Of a stretch of DNA of 64,000 nucleotides, positions 20,150-29,999 are shown piece by piece; the stretch's first letter is position 1; each line of letters opens with the position of its first letter. Under the pieces are notes generated by a model that did not search any database, was not told where the DNA came from, and saw nothing but the letters and a program-made list of their open reading frames with translations. The stretch is taken from assembly GCF_947503465.1 (NCBI RefSeq), contig NZ_CANNDN010000006.1:8857-72856 (forward strand), written 5' to 3'. Source of the stretch: an uncultured Tateyamaria sp. GTDB lineage: Bacteria; Pseudomonadota; Alphaproteobacteria; Rhodobacterales; Rhodobacteraceae. The position numbers were made by a program, and so were the translations under genes.

Positions 20150-20315
20150 TGGCCAGCCGCTGCAGGGCGTCCCTGTTTTTGCTGATGGAACTGCGCACGA
20201 CCTTTGGTGTCTTCTTGTCCGAGGCGTGCTCGGACGTATCCCCACCGTCCTTGCGGATGGTGAACCTTCCGGTGGTTGCGCTGCGGGCAACGGTTGCGCT
20301 GTTTGTCTTGGCCAT
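20142..20315 (-). CDS. putative antitoxin of the Doc module
   Basis: 57-aa ORF (MAKTNSATVARSATTGRF...) directly upstream of doc and overlapping it. Lower-GC patch. Family not recognised. Confidence 0.5.
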   Translation of the reverse strand: MAKTNSATVARSATTGRFTIRKDGGDTSEHASDKKTPKVVRSSISKNRDALQRLANR

Positions 20316-20398
20316 ATCTTCGGTGTCCTTCCGGATCTGAAAATGCACATCCGGTGACAACATATCAAGGGGCCACAAACCGGCCCCTGCCGTTTGGA

Positions 20399-21667
20399 TC
20401 AGGGCAAAAGCAGGGTTTCCAGCGCCTTGCCCATCACCTTGGCGCTGTCGAGCATGTCGGTGATCCCCACCCATTCGTCGGGCTTGTGTGCCAGTTCCAA
20501 TTCGCCCGGACCATAGGCGATGCAATTGCGCAGCTTGCCGATGCGGTCGATGTGCTTTTGGTCGTAGGAGCCGGGGGAGGCGACATAGGTCGGTTCCACC
20601 CCCAGCACGCTTTGAATGGCGGCGTGCACGGTTTCGACCACGGGTGCGGATTTGTCGGTCATGGATGGCAGGACCACGTTCAACTCGCGCATCTCGTACT
20701 CAAAACGGTCGCGGGTCGCTTTGAGCCCTTCGAGCAGGTCAACCACTTCGCCGCGCACCTGGTCCACGTTTTCTTCGACCAGAAACCGCCGGTCGATCAC
20801 GATGCGGCAGCTGTCGGGCACGCAATGGGCGGGCAGGCCGTCGTAGTCTTCGGCCTGTTCCGGCTGGCCGCCATGGATCGAATTGATGTTCATCGTCGAT
20901 TGCCGCGCGCCTTCGGGCACCACGGGCATGTCGGTGCGGCGCTGCGCCATGGCCGGGTAAAGGTCGCTTTCGAACTTGTCGAGCACGGCCCCCATGTGCC
21001 GCACCGCGCAATCGCCGAGAAAGGGCATGGAGCCGTGGGCGATCTCGCCCTTTGTCTCGATCTCGGCCCACCAGCCGCCGCGATGGCCCAGGCAGATGCG
21101 ATCCTTGTTCAGCGGTTCGGGGATGATGACGTGTTGCACGCGTGCGGGGTCAAAGAGCCCCTGTTCGGCCAGATAGGCGACACCGCCATAGCCGCCGGAT
21201 TCCTCGTCTGCCGTGGCGCTGATCTCGACCGCGCCGGTGAAGCCGGGATGCTCTTCGATGAACGCCTCCGCCGCGATGATGGAGGCGGCAAGGCCCCCCT
21301 TCATGTCGCAGGCCCCGCGGCCATAGATCTTGTCGCCCTCGACCTCCGCGCCGAACGGGTCGCGGGTCCAGCCTTGCCCGACCTCGACGACGTCGTGGTG
21401 ACTGTTGAAATGCACGCAGTCACCGGGGGTTTTTCCGTCGCGCCGGGCCATCACGTTCCAGCGCGGGTAGGTGTCGCTGTCGCCCGGCGTGCCGTGGGCG
21501 CGGATCATCTGCACGTCAAAGCCGTGTGCCCTGAGCCTGTCACCGACCAGCAAGCAGATGTCGTGGTAGTGCCGCCCCGGCGGGTTCAGCGTTGGAATGC
21601 GGATCAGGTCCCGGGTCAGCGCGATCAGCGCATCGCGGTGGCCATCGATACGGGTCGAGAGGGTCAT
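20399..21667 (-). CDS. M20-family metallopeptidase (ArgE/DapE-like deacylase)
   Basis: Trimmed to the ATG at 21667 (MTLSTRIDGHRDALIALTRDLIRIPTLNPPG). HFNSHHDVV and GRGACDMKGG motifs. Confidence 0.8.
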   Translation of the reverse strand: MTLSTRIDGHRDALIALTRDLIRIPTLNPPGRHYHDICLLVGDRLRAHGFDVQMIRAHGTPGDSDTYPRWNVMARRDGKTPGDCVHFNSHHDVVEVGQGWTRDPFGAEVEGDKIYGRGACDMKGGLAASIIAAEAFIEEHPGFTGAVEISATADEESGGYGGVAYLAEQGLFDPARVQHVIIPEPLNKDRICLGHRGGWWAEIETKGEIAHGSMPFLGDCAVRHMGAVLDKFESDLYPAMAQRRTDMPVVPEGARQSTMNINSIHGGQPEQAEDYDGLPAHCVPDSCRIVIDRRFLVEENVDQVRGEVVDLLEGLKATRDRFEYEMRELNVVLPSMTDKSAPVVETVHAAIQSVLGVEPTYVASPGSYDQKHIDRIGKLRNCIAYGPGELELAHKPDEWVGITDMLDSAKVMGKALETLLLP

Positions 21668-21725
21668 GGGCGCAGTGTTGGCCCGTGCGCCCGGCTTGGC
21701 AAGGGGGCGCTTGGGATCACCGGGC

Positions 21726-21759
21726 CCTCCGGGGGGCATATTTGCCGGAACAATGAAGG
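21726..21759 (+). repeat. stop-proximal repeat family, copy C
   Basis: CCTCCGGGGGGCATATTTGCCGGAACAATGAAGG ends 1 nt from the stop (21761) of the minus-strand MBL gene. Confidence 0.85.
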
Positions 21760-21760
21760 G

Positions 21761-22636
21761 TCACAGCTTGCCCAAGGGCACCTTGAGCGCCATGTCGCCC
21801 GCATCGTCGCGGGGGATTTCGCCGGCCCGCATGTTCACTTGCAGGGCCGGGATGATCAGGCTGGGCATGGCAAGCTGCTTGTCCCGTTCGGTGCGAAACG
21901 TGATGAAATCCTCGCGCGTCTTGCCCTTGCCCACATGGATGTTGGCCGCGCGTTGTTCGGCCACCGTGGTTTCCCACGCAATGGCCCGCCCGCCCGGACC
22001 ATAGTCGTGGCAGATGAACAGGCGCATGTCGTCGGGCAGGGACAGCACCCGCATGATGCTGTCATAGAGTGCGCCCGCGTCCCCACCGGGGAAATCGGCA
22101 CGGGCCGAGCCACCGTCAGGCATGAACAGCGTGTCGCCCACAAAGGCCGCGTTGCCCATCACATGCACCATGCAGGCGGGCGTGTGGCCGGGTGTGTGCA
22201 TGGCAAAGCAGGGCATCGCGCCGACATTGTACGTGTCGCCGTCCTGAAACAGCGCGTCGAATTGCGAGCCATCGCGTTGAAATTCGGTGCCTTCGTTGAA
22301 GACCTTGCCAAAGGTGTCCTGCACCTCTGTGATCTTGGCGCCGATCCCGATCTTGCCGCCCAGAGCCTCTTGGATATAGGGCGCGCCGGACAGGTGGTCG
22401 GCATGGACATGCGTTTCGATGATCCAGTCAAGCCGCAGGTCATTGGCGCGCATATGCGCGATCATCTTGTCGGCGCCGTCAAAGTTCAGGGCCCCGGCGG
22501 CATAGTCAATATCCATCACGGCGTCGATCACCGCACAGCCTGCACCGTCCGGTTCCTGCACCACATACGAGATGGTATTGGACCGGGCGTCAAAGAACGG
22601 GGTCACCGTCGGTTGGCACGTCATGTCGGGTGTCAT
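21761..22636 (-). CDS. MBL-fold metallo-hydrolase (persulfide dioxygenase-like)
   Basis: 291 aa. HVHADH metal motif. Translationally coupled to the upstream rhodanese gene. Confidence 0.75.
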   Translation of the reverse strand: MTPDMTCQPTVTPFFDARSNTISYVVQEPDGAGCAVIDAVMDIDYAAGALNFDGADKMIAHMRANDLRLDWIIETHVHADHLSGAPYIQEALGGKIGIGAKITEVQDTFGKVFNEGTEFQRDGSQFDALFQDGDTYNVGAMPCFAMHTPGHTPACMVHVMGNAAFVGDTLFMPDGGSARADFPGGDAGALYDSIMRVLSLPDDMRLFICHDYGPGGRAIAWETTVAEQRAANIHVGKGKTREDFITFRTERDKQLAMPSLIIPALQVNMRAGEIPRDDAGDMALKVPLGKL

Positions 22637-23031
22637 GTCTTGTCCTCCTTCTCGACCGGGCCGCCTTGTGCTTCCCAGGTCGAGAACCCTTCGCGCAGGT
22701 GGGCCGCATCAAATCCCATGTCCTGCAATGTGGCGACCGTCAGGGCCGATCGCCAGCCCGAGGCGCAGTGAAACAGGTAGGTCTTGTCCGATTGCCCGAA
22801 CACGTCCTTGAAATAGGGGCTTTCGGGATCGACCCAAAATTCGATCATGCCGCGTGGCGCGTGGACCGACCCGGGGATGAACCCGCTGCGCTGGCGTTCG
22901 CGCACATCACGGATGTCGACGATGACCACGTTCGGGTCATCCACCATCTTGATGGCTGCGGCTGTCTCAACCTCGGGAATGCGCGCGCGCGCCCTTGCGA
23001 CCATCTGAGCGGCGGAGGTGTTCAAGGCCAT
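22633..23031 (-). CDS. rhodanese-like sulfurtransferase
   Basis: 132 aa. Active-site loop HCASGWRS. Confidence 0.8.
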   Translation of the reverse strand: MALNTSAAQMVARARARIPEVETAAAIKMVDDPNVVIVDIRDVRERQRSGFIPGSVHAPRGMIEFWVDPESPYFKDVFGQSDKTYLFHCASGWRSALTVATLQDMGFDAAHLREGFSTWEAQGGPVEKEDKT

Positions 23032-23117
23032 GGGCGTCTCCCTTTTTGGTGAAGTCTGCCAGTGGGCTGCCAGTTCGGCAAGACCGCGATATTTCCGGTA
23101 ATGTGAATTATGTTAAG

Positions 23118-23507
23118 TTACCAGATGACGCGCAGGTCCGGTAGCGGGTCAAATGCCCGATCGGCTGATATCAGGGTCAGCCCGGTCTCGACCGCCGTGG
23201 CCGCGATCAACCGGTCGAACGGATCGCGGTGGGTCCAGTCCCACAGGGCGGCGCGCAGGCAGATGTTGGGTGTCAGTGGCGCGGACACGCCGCCCTGATC
23301 CGACAGGATGTTCGGCAGGTCATCGACCAGTGCCCGCATGTCGGGCCACTTGCCGACACGCACCTTCTGCCCGATCTCGAAAAAGCTGATGGGGCTGACC
23401 AGAACGGTGTCCGCCTTTGTGATCGCGGCACGGGCGCGGTCGGACAACAGCCGATCATCGGCAAAGGACCAGACCCAGGCATGCGTGTCCAGCAGGACGG
23501 CCGTCAC
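23118..23507 (-). CDS. vapC: PIN-domain toxin (VapC family)
   Basis: 129 aa. N-terminus MTAVLLDTHAWVW is typical of PIN toxins. Overlaps the antitoxin stop. Confidence 0.8.
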   Translation of the reverse strand: MTAVLLDTHAWVWSFADDRLLSDRARAAITKADTVLVSPISFFEIGQKVRVGKWPDMRALVDDLPNILSDQGGVSAPLTPNICLRAALWDWTHRDPFDRLIAATAVETGLTLISADRAFDPLPDLRVIW

Positions 23508-23749
23508 GGCCTGTCCGGGTCATCGCCGCCTTCCCAGATGTCCAGATCCGCCTCATCCATCGGGGTCAGGAAATCAGGCACCGCGCCCAATTGTCCGCGA
23601 TGCGTGCCAAGCGCAAAGCCGGACTGGCGGATCGGCACAAGGCGCACGACCGGGCGCGTGCCCTTGGCAATCACCACGTCTTCGCCCGACAAGGCCGCGT
23701 CGATGAGCTTGCTGAGCTGTGTCTTGGCGGCATGTACACTGAATTGCAT
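23504..23749 (-). CDS. Phd/YefM-type antitoxin of the VapC module
   Basis: 81 aa (MQFSVHAAKTQLSKLIDAALSGEDVVIAKGTRPVVRLVP). ATGA-type overlap with vapC. Confidence 0.75.
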   Translation of the reverse strand: MQFSVHAAKTQLSKLIDAALSGEDVVIAKGTRPVVRLVPIRQSGFALGTHRGQLGAVPDFLTPMDEADLDIWEGGDDPDRP

Positions 23750-23888
23750 GGCCTTCTCCCGTCTGTTTAGCTAAGTTAGTCCACTATCGGCCACCCATCA
23801 AGGTTTACCTAAGGCACGCGCCGCAATTGGGCTGGACGCCGCCGGAAAACTGCGGTCGTCTGGCCGCATCAATTGCAGGACCCGCGCC

Positions 23889-24584
23889 ATGACATTCGTG
23901 ATCCCCCAACCGCCCCAAGCCACTGTCGCCGTTGCAGGCACGCCCGACCGGTTTCCGGTGCGCCGCATCTTTTGCGTCGGGCGCAACTATGCCGCCCATG
24001 CGCGGGAAATGGGCAAGGACCCGGATCGCGAGGCGCCGTTTTTCTTCACCAAACCCGGCGATGCGGTCGTCGACAGCCCATGTACGGTACCTTATCCCCC
24101 GCTGACGCAGGACCTGCATCACGAGATCGAGCTGGTGATTGCCATCGGTCGGGGCGGCGCAGACATCGCGCCGGATGCGGTGATGGATCATGTCTGGGGC
24201 GCGGGCGTGGGCATCGACCTGACCCGCCGTGATCTGCAGGCAGAGGCCAAGAAGATGGGCCGCCCCTGGGACTGGGCCAAGGCGTTCGACCTGTCCGCGC
24301 CCATGTCGCCGCTTGTGCCGCTGGCGGACGTGCCCAGTGTCGACCACGGGCGCATCTGGTTGGCCGTGAACGGCACGGTGCGGCAGGACGCGGACATCGC
24401 TGACCTGATCTGGCCCGTGCGCGATCACGTGGCATACCTGTCACAGGCCATGACGCTGGCGCCGGGTGACCTGATCATGACGGGCACCCCGGCCGGGGTC
24501 GGTGCGGTGGTACCGGGCGACGTGATGACCGGCGGCATTGACGGGATCGGAAAGATCGAGGTGACCGTCGGCCCGCGCGCCTAG
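23889..24584 (+). CDS. fumarylacetoacetate hydrolase-family protein
   Basis: 231 aa. Typical FAH-family C-terminal domain (FFTKP...HELELV...[13 protein letters not shown]). Confidence 0.85.
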   Translation: MTFVIPQPPQATVAVAGTPDRFPVRRIFCVGRNYAAHAREMGKDPDREAPFFFTKPGDAVVDSPCTVPYPPLTQDLHHEIELVIAIGRGGADIAPDAVMDHVWGAGVGIDLTRRDLQAEAKKMGRPWDWAKAFDLSAPMSPLVPLADVPSVDHGRIWLAVNGTVRQDADIADLIWPVRDHVAYLSQAMTLAPGDLIMTGTPAGVGAVVPGDVMTGGIDGIGKIEVTVGPRA

Positions 24585-26054
24585 ACGGCCTGGGTCGCCG
24601 CGATGGCGCGCTGCCAGCGGGCATAGCCTGCATCGCGATCCGTTTCGGACATCTGCGGATCAAACCGGGCCTCGCGGGCCCACGTGGCGGCAAAGCCGTC
24701 CATGTCCGGGTAAAGGCCCGCGCGCATACCGGCCAGCCACGCGGCACCAAGGGCCGTCGTCTCGACCCCGGCAGGCCGGTCGACGGGCGCGCCCAGCATG
24801 TCCGACAGGAATTGCATGGCCCAGTCATTCGCGCTCAGGCCGCCGTCGACGCGCAGCACGGCATCGCCCGCATCCGGCCAATCGGCGCGCATCGCTTCCC
24901 ACAGGTCGCGGGTCTGGAAGCCGATGCTTTCCAGCGCGGCGCGGGCCATGTCGGCGGGCCCCGTATCGCGGGTCAGGCCAAAGGTGGGCCCCCCGACAGT
25001 CCGGGTTCCAGTACGGCGCGCCCAGACCGGTGAAGGCAGGCACCAACGTGACATTGCCACTGCCCTGTTCGGCCAGCGCCTGCGTTTCGGCCGCCGTCGC
25101 AATGATACCCAGGCCGTCGCGCAGCCATTGCACCACCGCCCCGGCAATAAAGATGGACCCCTCCAGCGCATAGGTCGGCTTGCCGTCCAGCTGATAGGCG
25201 ATGGTTGTCAGCAAGCGGTTGTTCGACGCCACCGGCGCGTCACCCGTGTTGAGCAGCGCAAAGCAGCCCGTGCCATAGGTCGATTTCAACATGCCCGGCT
25301 GGAAACAGGCCTGACCGATCGTGGCGGCCTGCTGGTCACCCGCGACGCCGTAGATCGGCGTCTTGTCCCCCAGTACGTCCGTGACGCCAAAGTCCGACGC
25401 GCAATCCTGCACTGCGGGCAACATCTCCATCGGGATGTCGAGCATGGCGCACATCTCGGGGCTCCACGATCCCTTGTGGATGTCATACAGCATGGTGCGC
25501 GCGGCGTTCGTGGCATCGGTCACATGCGCCTTGCGGTCGGTCATGTGCCAGATCAGGAAACTGTCCACCGTGCCGAACAGCAGCTTGCCGGCCCGTGCCC
25601 GGTCGCGCGCCCCATCGTGCTGGTCCAGGATCCACTTTACCTTGGTCGCCGAAAAATAGGGATCAAGCAGAAGACCGGTGATGGCGGTGACCTGGTCGCC
25701 GTGCCCCTCGGCCCGCAACCCTTCGCACATCTGCGCGGTGCGCCGGTCTTGCCAGACAATGGCGTTGTGCAGCGGTGCGCCGGTTTCGGCGTCCCAGATC
25801 ACGGTGGTTTCGCGCTGGTTGGTGATGCCGATGGCCGCGATGTCAGACCCTTTCAGGCCGGTCTGCTCCATCACGTCCTTGCAGGTGGATTTCACCGTAT
25901 CCAGCAGGTCCTGCGGGTCGTGCTCCACCCACCCGCTGTTGGGAAAATGCTGTGTGAACTCTTGTTGCGCGGACGCGACGGGTTTCATGTCCCCATCAAA
26001 AATGATCGCACGCGAGGATGTGGTGCCCTGGTCGATGGCAAGAATATGGGTCAT
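24581..26054 (-). pseudogene. glpK: glycerol kinase, disrupted by a 1-nt frameshift in a G/C homopolymer run
   Basis: N-terminal ORF ([15 protein letters not shown]...[11 protein letters not shown]) and C-terminal ORF (TFGLTRDTG...ALGAAWLAG) are in different frames. They join at GGGCCCCCC, 24986-24994. Confidence 0.8.
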
Positions 26055-27586
26055 GCGGCGTTGTCCTTCATCCAAGTCTCGACGGCGGCGCGTTCATCTT
26101 CTGTCAGGCGCAGACCCAGCTTGGTCCGCCGCCACAGCGCATCCTCCGCGCGGGCCGCGTATTCGCGCGTCATCATCCATTTCAGTTCCGCGCCCGTCAA
26201 TGTCGCCCCGAACGCCGGACCAAGATCATCCGGTGTCTGTGCGTCCCCCAGGACATCCCACGCTTCGGTGCCGTATGCCCGGATCAGGCGCCCCGCCCAT
26301 TTCGGGTCGAGAAACGGGTAATCTGCCTGCAACTTCGCCGTCAGCGACCCAACCTCGGCCACCTTGAAATCCCCGCCGGGCAGGGGCACGCCTGCGGTCC
26401 ATTTTTCACCCAATCCCATCTTGGCCAGCGCCTGCTCGGCCAGCTTGCGATAGGTGGTGATCTTGCCGCCAAACACGCTCAGCACCGGCGGGCCATTGTC
26501 ATCCAGTGCCAGCACATAATCGCGTGTCGCGGCCGTCGCCGAAGAGGCACCGTCGTCATAGAGCGGGCGCACCCCGGAATAGGTCCAGACGACATCCGCT
26601 GCCGTGATCGGCTTTTCGAAATACTCCGAGGCAAAGGCACAGAGGTAATCGCGTTCTTCGTCCGTGATCGCGGGCCTGGTGTCCGCATCCGTATGTTCCG
26701 CGTCCGTTGTTCCGATCAGGGTAAAGTCCTGCTCGTACGGAATGGCAAAGATGATGCGCCCATCGGTGCCCTGGAAGAAGTAGCATTTGTCATGATCATA
26801 TAGCCGCTTTGTCACGATATGCGACCCGCGCACCAGCCGTATGTTGTGCTGCGTATTCTGGCGCATGACACCGGTCAGGATGTCCGCCACCCAAGGACCA
26901 CCCGCGTTGACCAGCGCCTTGGCGCGGTACGTGCCCTTTTCCGTTTCGATCCGCCACACATCACCGTCGCGCGTCGCCTCTTTCACCGCGCAGCGCGTCA
27001 GGATCGTGGCCCCGCGCGCTTCGGCATCGCGCGCGTTCAGCATGACCAGCCGGGAATCCTCGACCCAGCAGTCACTGTATTCATAGGCCATCTTGAACCG
27101 GTCCTTGAGCGGCGCGCCCTCGGGCGCGGTTGTCAGGTCCAGCGTCTTGGTGCCTGGCAAAATCTCGCGTCCGCCCAGATTGTCATAAAGAAACAGACCA
27201 AGGCGCACGAGCCATGCCGGCCGCCGCCCCTTTTCCACCCACGGCATCACCTTGCGCAAAAGGCGCGACGTGGGCGTATCACTGTCAAACCGCATGTCGG
27301 GCGCATAGGGCAGGACAAAACGCATGGGCCAGCTGATATGCGGCATGGCCTTCAGCAGCACCTCGCGTTCCTTGAGCGCGGATTTGACCAGCCCGAATTC
27401 AAAGAACTCCAGATAGCGCAACCCGCCATGAAACAGCTTGGTCGACGCGCTTGACGTGGCCCCGCCCAGATCGCCAGCCTCGGCCAGTGCCACGCTCAGA
27501 CCCCGACCCGTTGCATCCCGGGCAATACCGGCCCCGTTGATGCCGCCGCCAATCACAAACAGATCATAGATTTTGTCGTCCGCCAC
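26051..27586 (-). CDS. glpD: glycerol-3-phosphate dehydrogenase (FAD)
   Basis: 511 aa. FAD motif [17 protein letters not shown] overlap with the glpK start. Confidence 0.9.
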   Translation of the reverse strand: MADDKIYDLFVIGGGINGAGIARDATGRGLSVALAEAGDLGGATSSASTKLFHGGLRYLEFFEFGLVKSALKEREVLLKAMPHISWPMRFVLPYAPDMRFDSDTPTSRLLRKVMPWVEKGRRPAWLVRLGLFLYDNLGGREILPGTKTLDLTTAPEGAPLKDRFKMAYEYSDCWVEDSRLVMLNARDAEARGATILTRCAVKEATRDGDVWRIETEKGTYRAKALVNAGGPWVADILTGVMRQNTQHNIRLVRGSHIVTKRLYDHDKCYFFQGTDGRIIFAIPYEQDFTLIGTTDAEHTDADTRPAITDEERDYLCAFASEYFEKPITAADVVWTYSGVRPLYDDGASSATAATRDYVLALDDNGPPVLSVFGGKITTYRKLAEQALAKMGLGEKWTAGVPLPGGDFKVAEVGSLTAKLQADYPFLDPKWAGRLIRAYGTEAWDVLGDAQTPDDLGPAFGATLTGAELKWMMTREYAARAEDALWRRTKLGLRLTEDERAAVETWMKDNAA

Positions 27587-27654
27587 GCCCGCGTCCTCCG
27601 CATGGAATACCCGGACGTCTTAAGACCATAGTAGGTTGGCTTCAATCGTTAGCG

Positions 27655-28281
27655 TTAACGCTGCGGCGTGATGTCCTTGAGGCCCAAGAGCGCGGCGGCC
27701 CCGATCATCAGGCCCCCGCACAGCCGGTTGATCACGGCCAGCGATGCGTTCAACCGGGCCGCCACCCGGTCCCCCGCCCAGCCCCACAGCAAAAGCGTGG
27801 CACCATCCACACACAGATAGGTGGCCCCAAGGATCAACAGCTGTGGCAGCACCGGGGCGTCAAGCGCGATGAACTGCGGAAAGAGCGCGGCAAAGAAGAC
27901 AACCGCAAACGGGTTGGTCATCGACGTGACAAATCCCAACCGGAACAGGCGCGCGGGATGGGCGGCGGCGTCCGTCCGCGCCTGCGTGGGCGCGCCCCTG
28001 GACAGCATCATGCGCACCCCGATCCAGACCAGATAGGCAACCCCCAGCCATTTGATCAGACCAAAAGCCGTGGCCGAGGTTGCGATCACCGCAGCCAGGC
28101 CGAACGCTGCAGCCGTCATTTGCAGGACATTCGCACTCAGATCACCGGCGATGACCCAACGGCTGCGGCGCAGCCCATGCTTCATGGAATTTGCGATGAT
28201 CAACAGCTGGCTGGTATCCGGGGGCGTGGCAAAAAAGACAGCAACCGCCGCAAGGTACACAAGATAGATGTCGGTCGTCAC
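27655..28281 (-). CDS. LysE-family amino-acid exporter
   Basis: 208-aa six-TM protein of LysE/RhtB type. GTG start overlaps the idi stop (GTGA). Confidence 0.75.
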   Translation of the reverse strand: MTTDIYLVYLAAVAVFFATPPDTSQLLIIANSMKHGLRRSRWVIAGDLSANVLQMTAAAFGLAAVIATSATAFGLIKWLGVAYLVWIGVRMMLSRGAPTQARTDAAAHPARLFRLGFVTSMTNPFAVVFFAALFPQFIALDAPVLPQLLILGATYLCVDGATLLLWGWAGDRVAARLNASLAVINRLCGGLMIGAAALLGLKDITPQR

Positions 28282-28820
28282 ACCCGCGCCGCTTGGACCA
28301 GATCGGCGCCGAAAATCACGTCAGAATGTTCCGACAGGTAAATGCGCAGCCACGGGGTAAAGCGGTCCGGGTGGCGCCGCACGGTGGCCATCAGGTCGTG
28401 ATAGTCGACCCATTCATGGGCCATCACCTCGTCCGGGTTGGGGACGACTGTCAGATCACCGCGCACCCGGCCCAGATAGACCTCAACCACCTCGTGTTCG
28501 ATCAATCCGCCCCCCACTTCGGCGCGGTATTCCAGGTGATGCCGGTGATCCAGCGGCACGCCGGTAATCCCCAATTCCTCGTTCAGGCGCCGGGCGGCGC
28601 AGACAGACGGCGCTTCGTCCCATTCGGGGTGCGTGCAACAGGTGTTCGCCCACAGACCCGGCGTGTGGTACTTGCCCATCGCGCGTTGCTGCAACAGCAC
28701 CTCGGTGCCGCGAATGACAAACACCGACACCGCCTTGTGCTTCAGCCCGCGCTGATGCGCTTCGAGTTTTTCAACCGGGGTCAACACACCGTCGACCCAG
28801 GCCGGGATCATGATCGTCAT
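28278..28820 (-). CDS. idi: isopentenyl-diphosphate delta-isomerase, type 1
   Basis: 180-aa Nudix-type IPP isomerase (WANTCCTHP...E). Overlaps the bchP stop. Confidence 0.85.
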   Translation of the reverse strand: MTIMIPAWVDGVLTPVEKLEAHQRGLKHKAVSVFVIRGTEVLLQQRAMGKYHTPGLWANTCCTHPEWDEAPSVCAARRLNEELGITGVPLDHRHHLEYRAEVGGGLIEHEVVEVYLGRVRGDLTVVPNPDEVMAHEWVDYHDLMATVRRHPDRFTPWLRIYLSEHSDVIFGADLVQAARV

Positions 28821-29995
28821 ACGTGGTTCGCCTTCACCAATCCGGTCAGGTGGGCCATGTTCTTGATGCCGATCTTCAGGTGGGCCATGGGGCGCGCCTT
28901 GACCAGCTTCTTGTTCATATACGCCTCGAAGGTCAGACGCTGCACATCAATGTCGTGACAAAGTGACACAAAGCGTTCGCGCCGGTCGTCGTTGCGGTAA
29001 TACGCGTTCTGCATCGACGCCAGGACCCGAAAGACCGTCTTGTGCTCGCGCATGAACAGCTTGCGGGCCAGTTTCAGGTCCTTCACCCGGCCCGAGGCCA
29101 GGGTGGCGGCACAGGCCGTCGCAGCCACGCGGCCCCCGACCATCGCGTAATAAATGCCCTCGCCCGACGATGGGGCCACAACCCCCGCCGCGTCGCCTGC
29201 CAGCACGACGTCCTTGCCATTGTCCCAGCGGTCCATGGGTTTCAGCGGAATGGGCGCGCCTTCCTTGCGCAGCGTCTCGCAATGTTCGAGGCCCGAGGCC
29301 ACACGCAACGCCGCCGTCGCTTCCTTGAGGTTCACCGACGCCTGTTCGGACCCCATGCCGACGCTTGTGGTGCTGCCATGCGGAAACACCCAGCCGTAGA
29401 AATCGGGCGAAATCGCCCCGTCATAGATCACGTCGCAACGCTGCGGATCATATACGTCCGTCGCAGGCGGGGCCTTGATGATCTCGTGATAGGCAAAGAC
29501 CAGTGGCACCTTGTCCGCCCCTTCGACCTCGGCCTGGCCCACGCGGGACTTGGCCCCATCGGCCCCGATCACCAGCTTGCAGGGCAGTTCCATGTTTTCC
29601 TGGGTCGTCTTGTCGCGATAGATCACAACCGGATGGCCATCGGGCCGGTCGATACGCACGAAGGTGCCGGTAAAATACGCCGCACCGGCATCTGCGGCGC
29701 GCTGGCGCAGGAACGGATCGAAATCCTTGCGGTCGACCATGCCGACATACCCGTTCTCGATCGGGATATCGACGCGGCGGCCCGTGGGGGAAATCATGCG
29801 GGCGGTTGTGACCTTGGTCAGCAACTGCTCTTCCCCGATATGGAAATCCTGCATCAGGCGCGGCGGGATGGCCCCGCCGCAGGGCTTGATCCGCCCCTCG
29901 CGGTCCAGAAGGGCGACGGAGTGCCCCGAGCGGACCAGATCCTCGGCAGCGGTGGCACCGGACGGTCCCCCGCCCACAACTACGACATCATACAT
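28817..29995 (-). CDS. bchP: geranylgeranyl diphosphate/bacteriochlorophyll reductase
   Basis: Trimmed to MYDVVVVGGGPSGATAAE (FAD motif). About 392 aa. Canonical PGC position. Confidence 0.9.
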   Translation of the reverse strand: MYDVVVVGGGPSGATAAEDLVRSGHSVALLDREGRIKPCGGAIPPRLMQDFHIGEEQLLTKVTTARMISPTGRRVDIPIENGYVGMVDRKDFDPFLRQRAADAGAAYFTGTFVRIDRPDGHPVVIYRDKTTQENMELPCKLVIGADGAKSRVGQAEVEGADKVPLVFAYHEIIKAPPATDVYDPQRCDVIYDGAISPDFYGWVFPHGSTTSVGMGSEQASVNLKEATAALRVASGLEHCETLRKEGAPIPLKPMDRWDNGKDVVLAGDAAGVVAPSSGEGIYYAMVGGRVAATACAATLASGRVKDLKLARKLFMREHKTVFRVLASMQNAYYRNDDRRERFVSLCHDIDVQRLTFEAYMNKKLVKARPMAHLKIGIKNMAHLTGLVKANHV

Positions 29996-29999
29996 CAGA

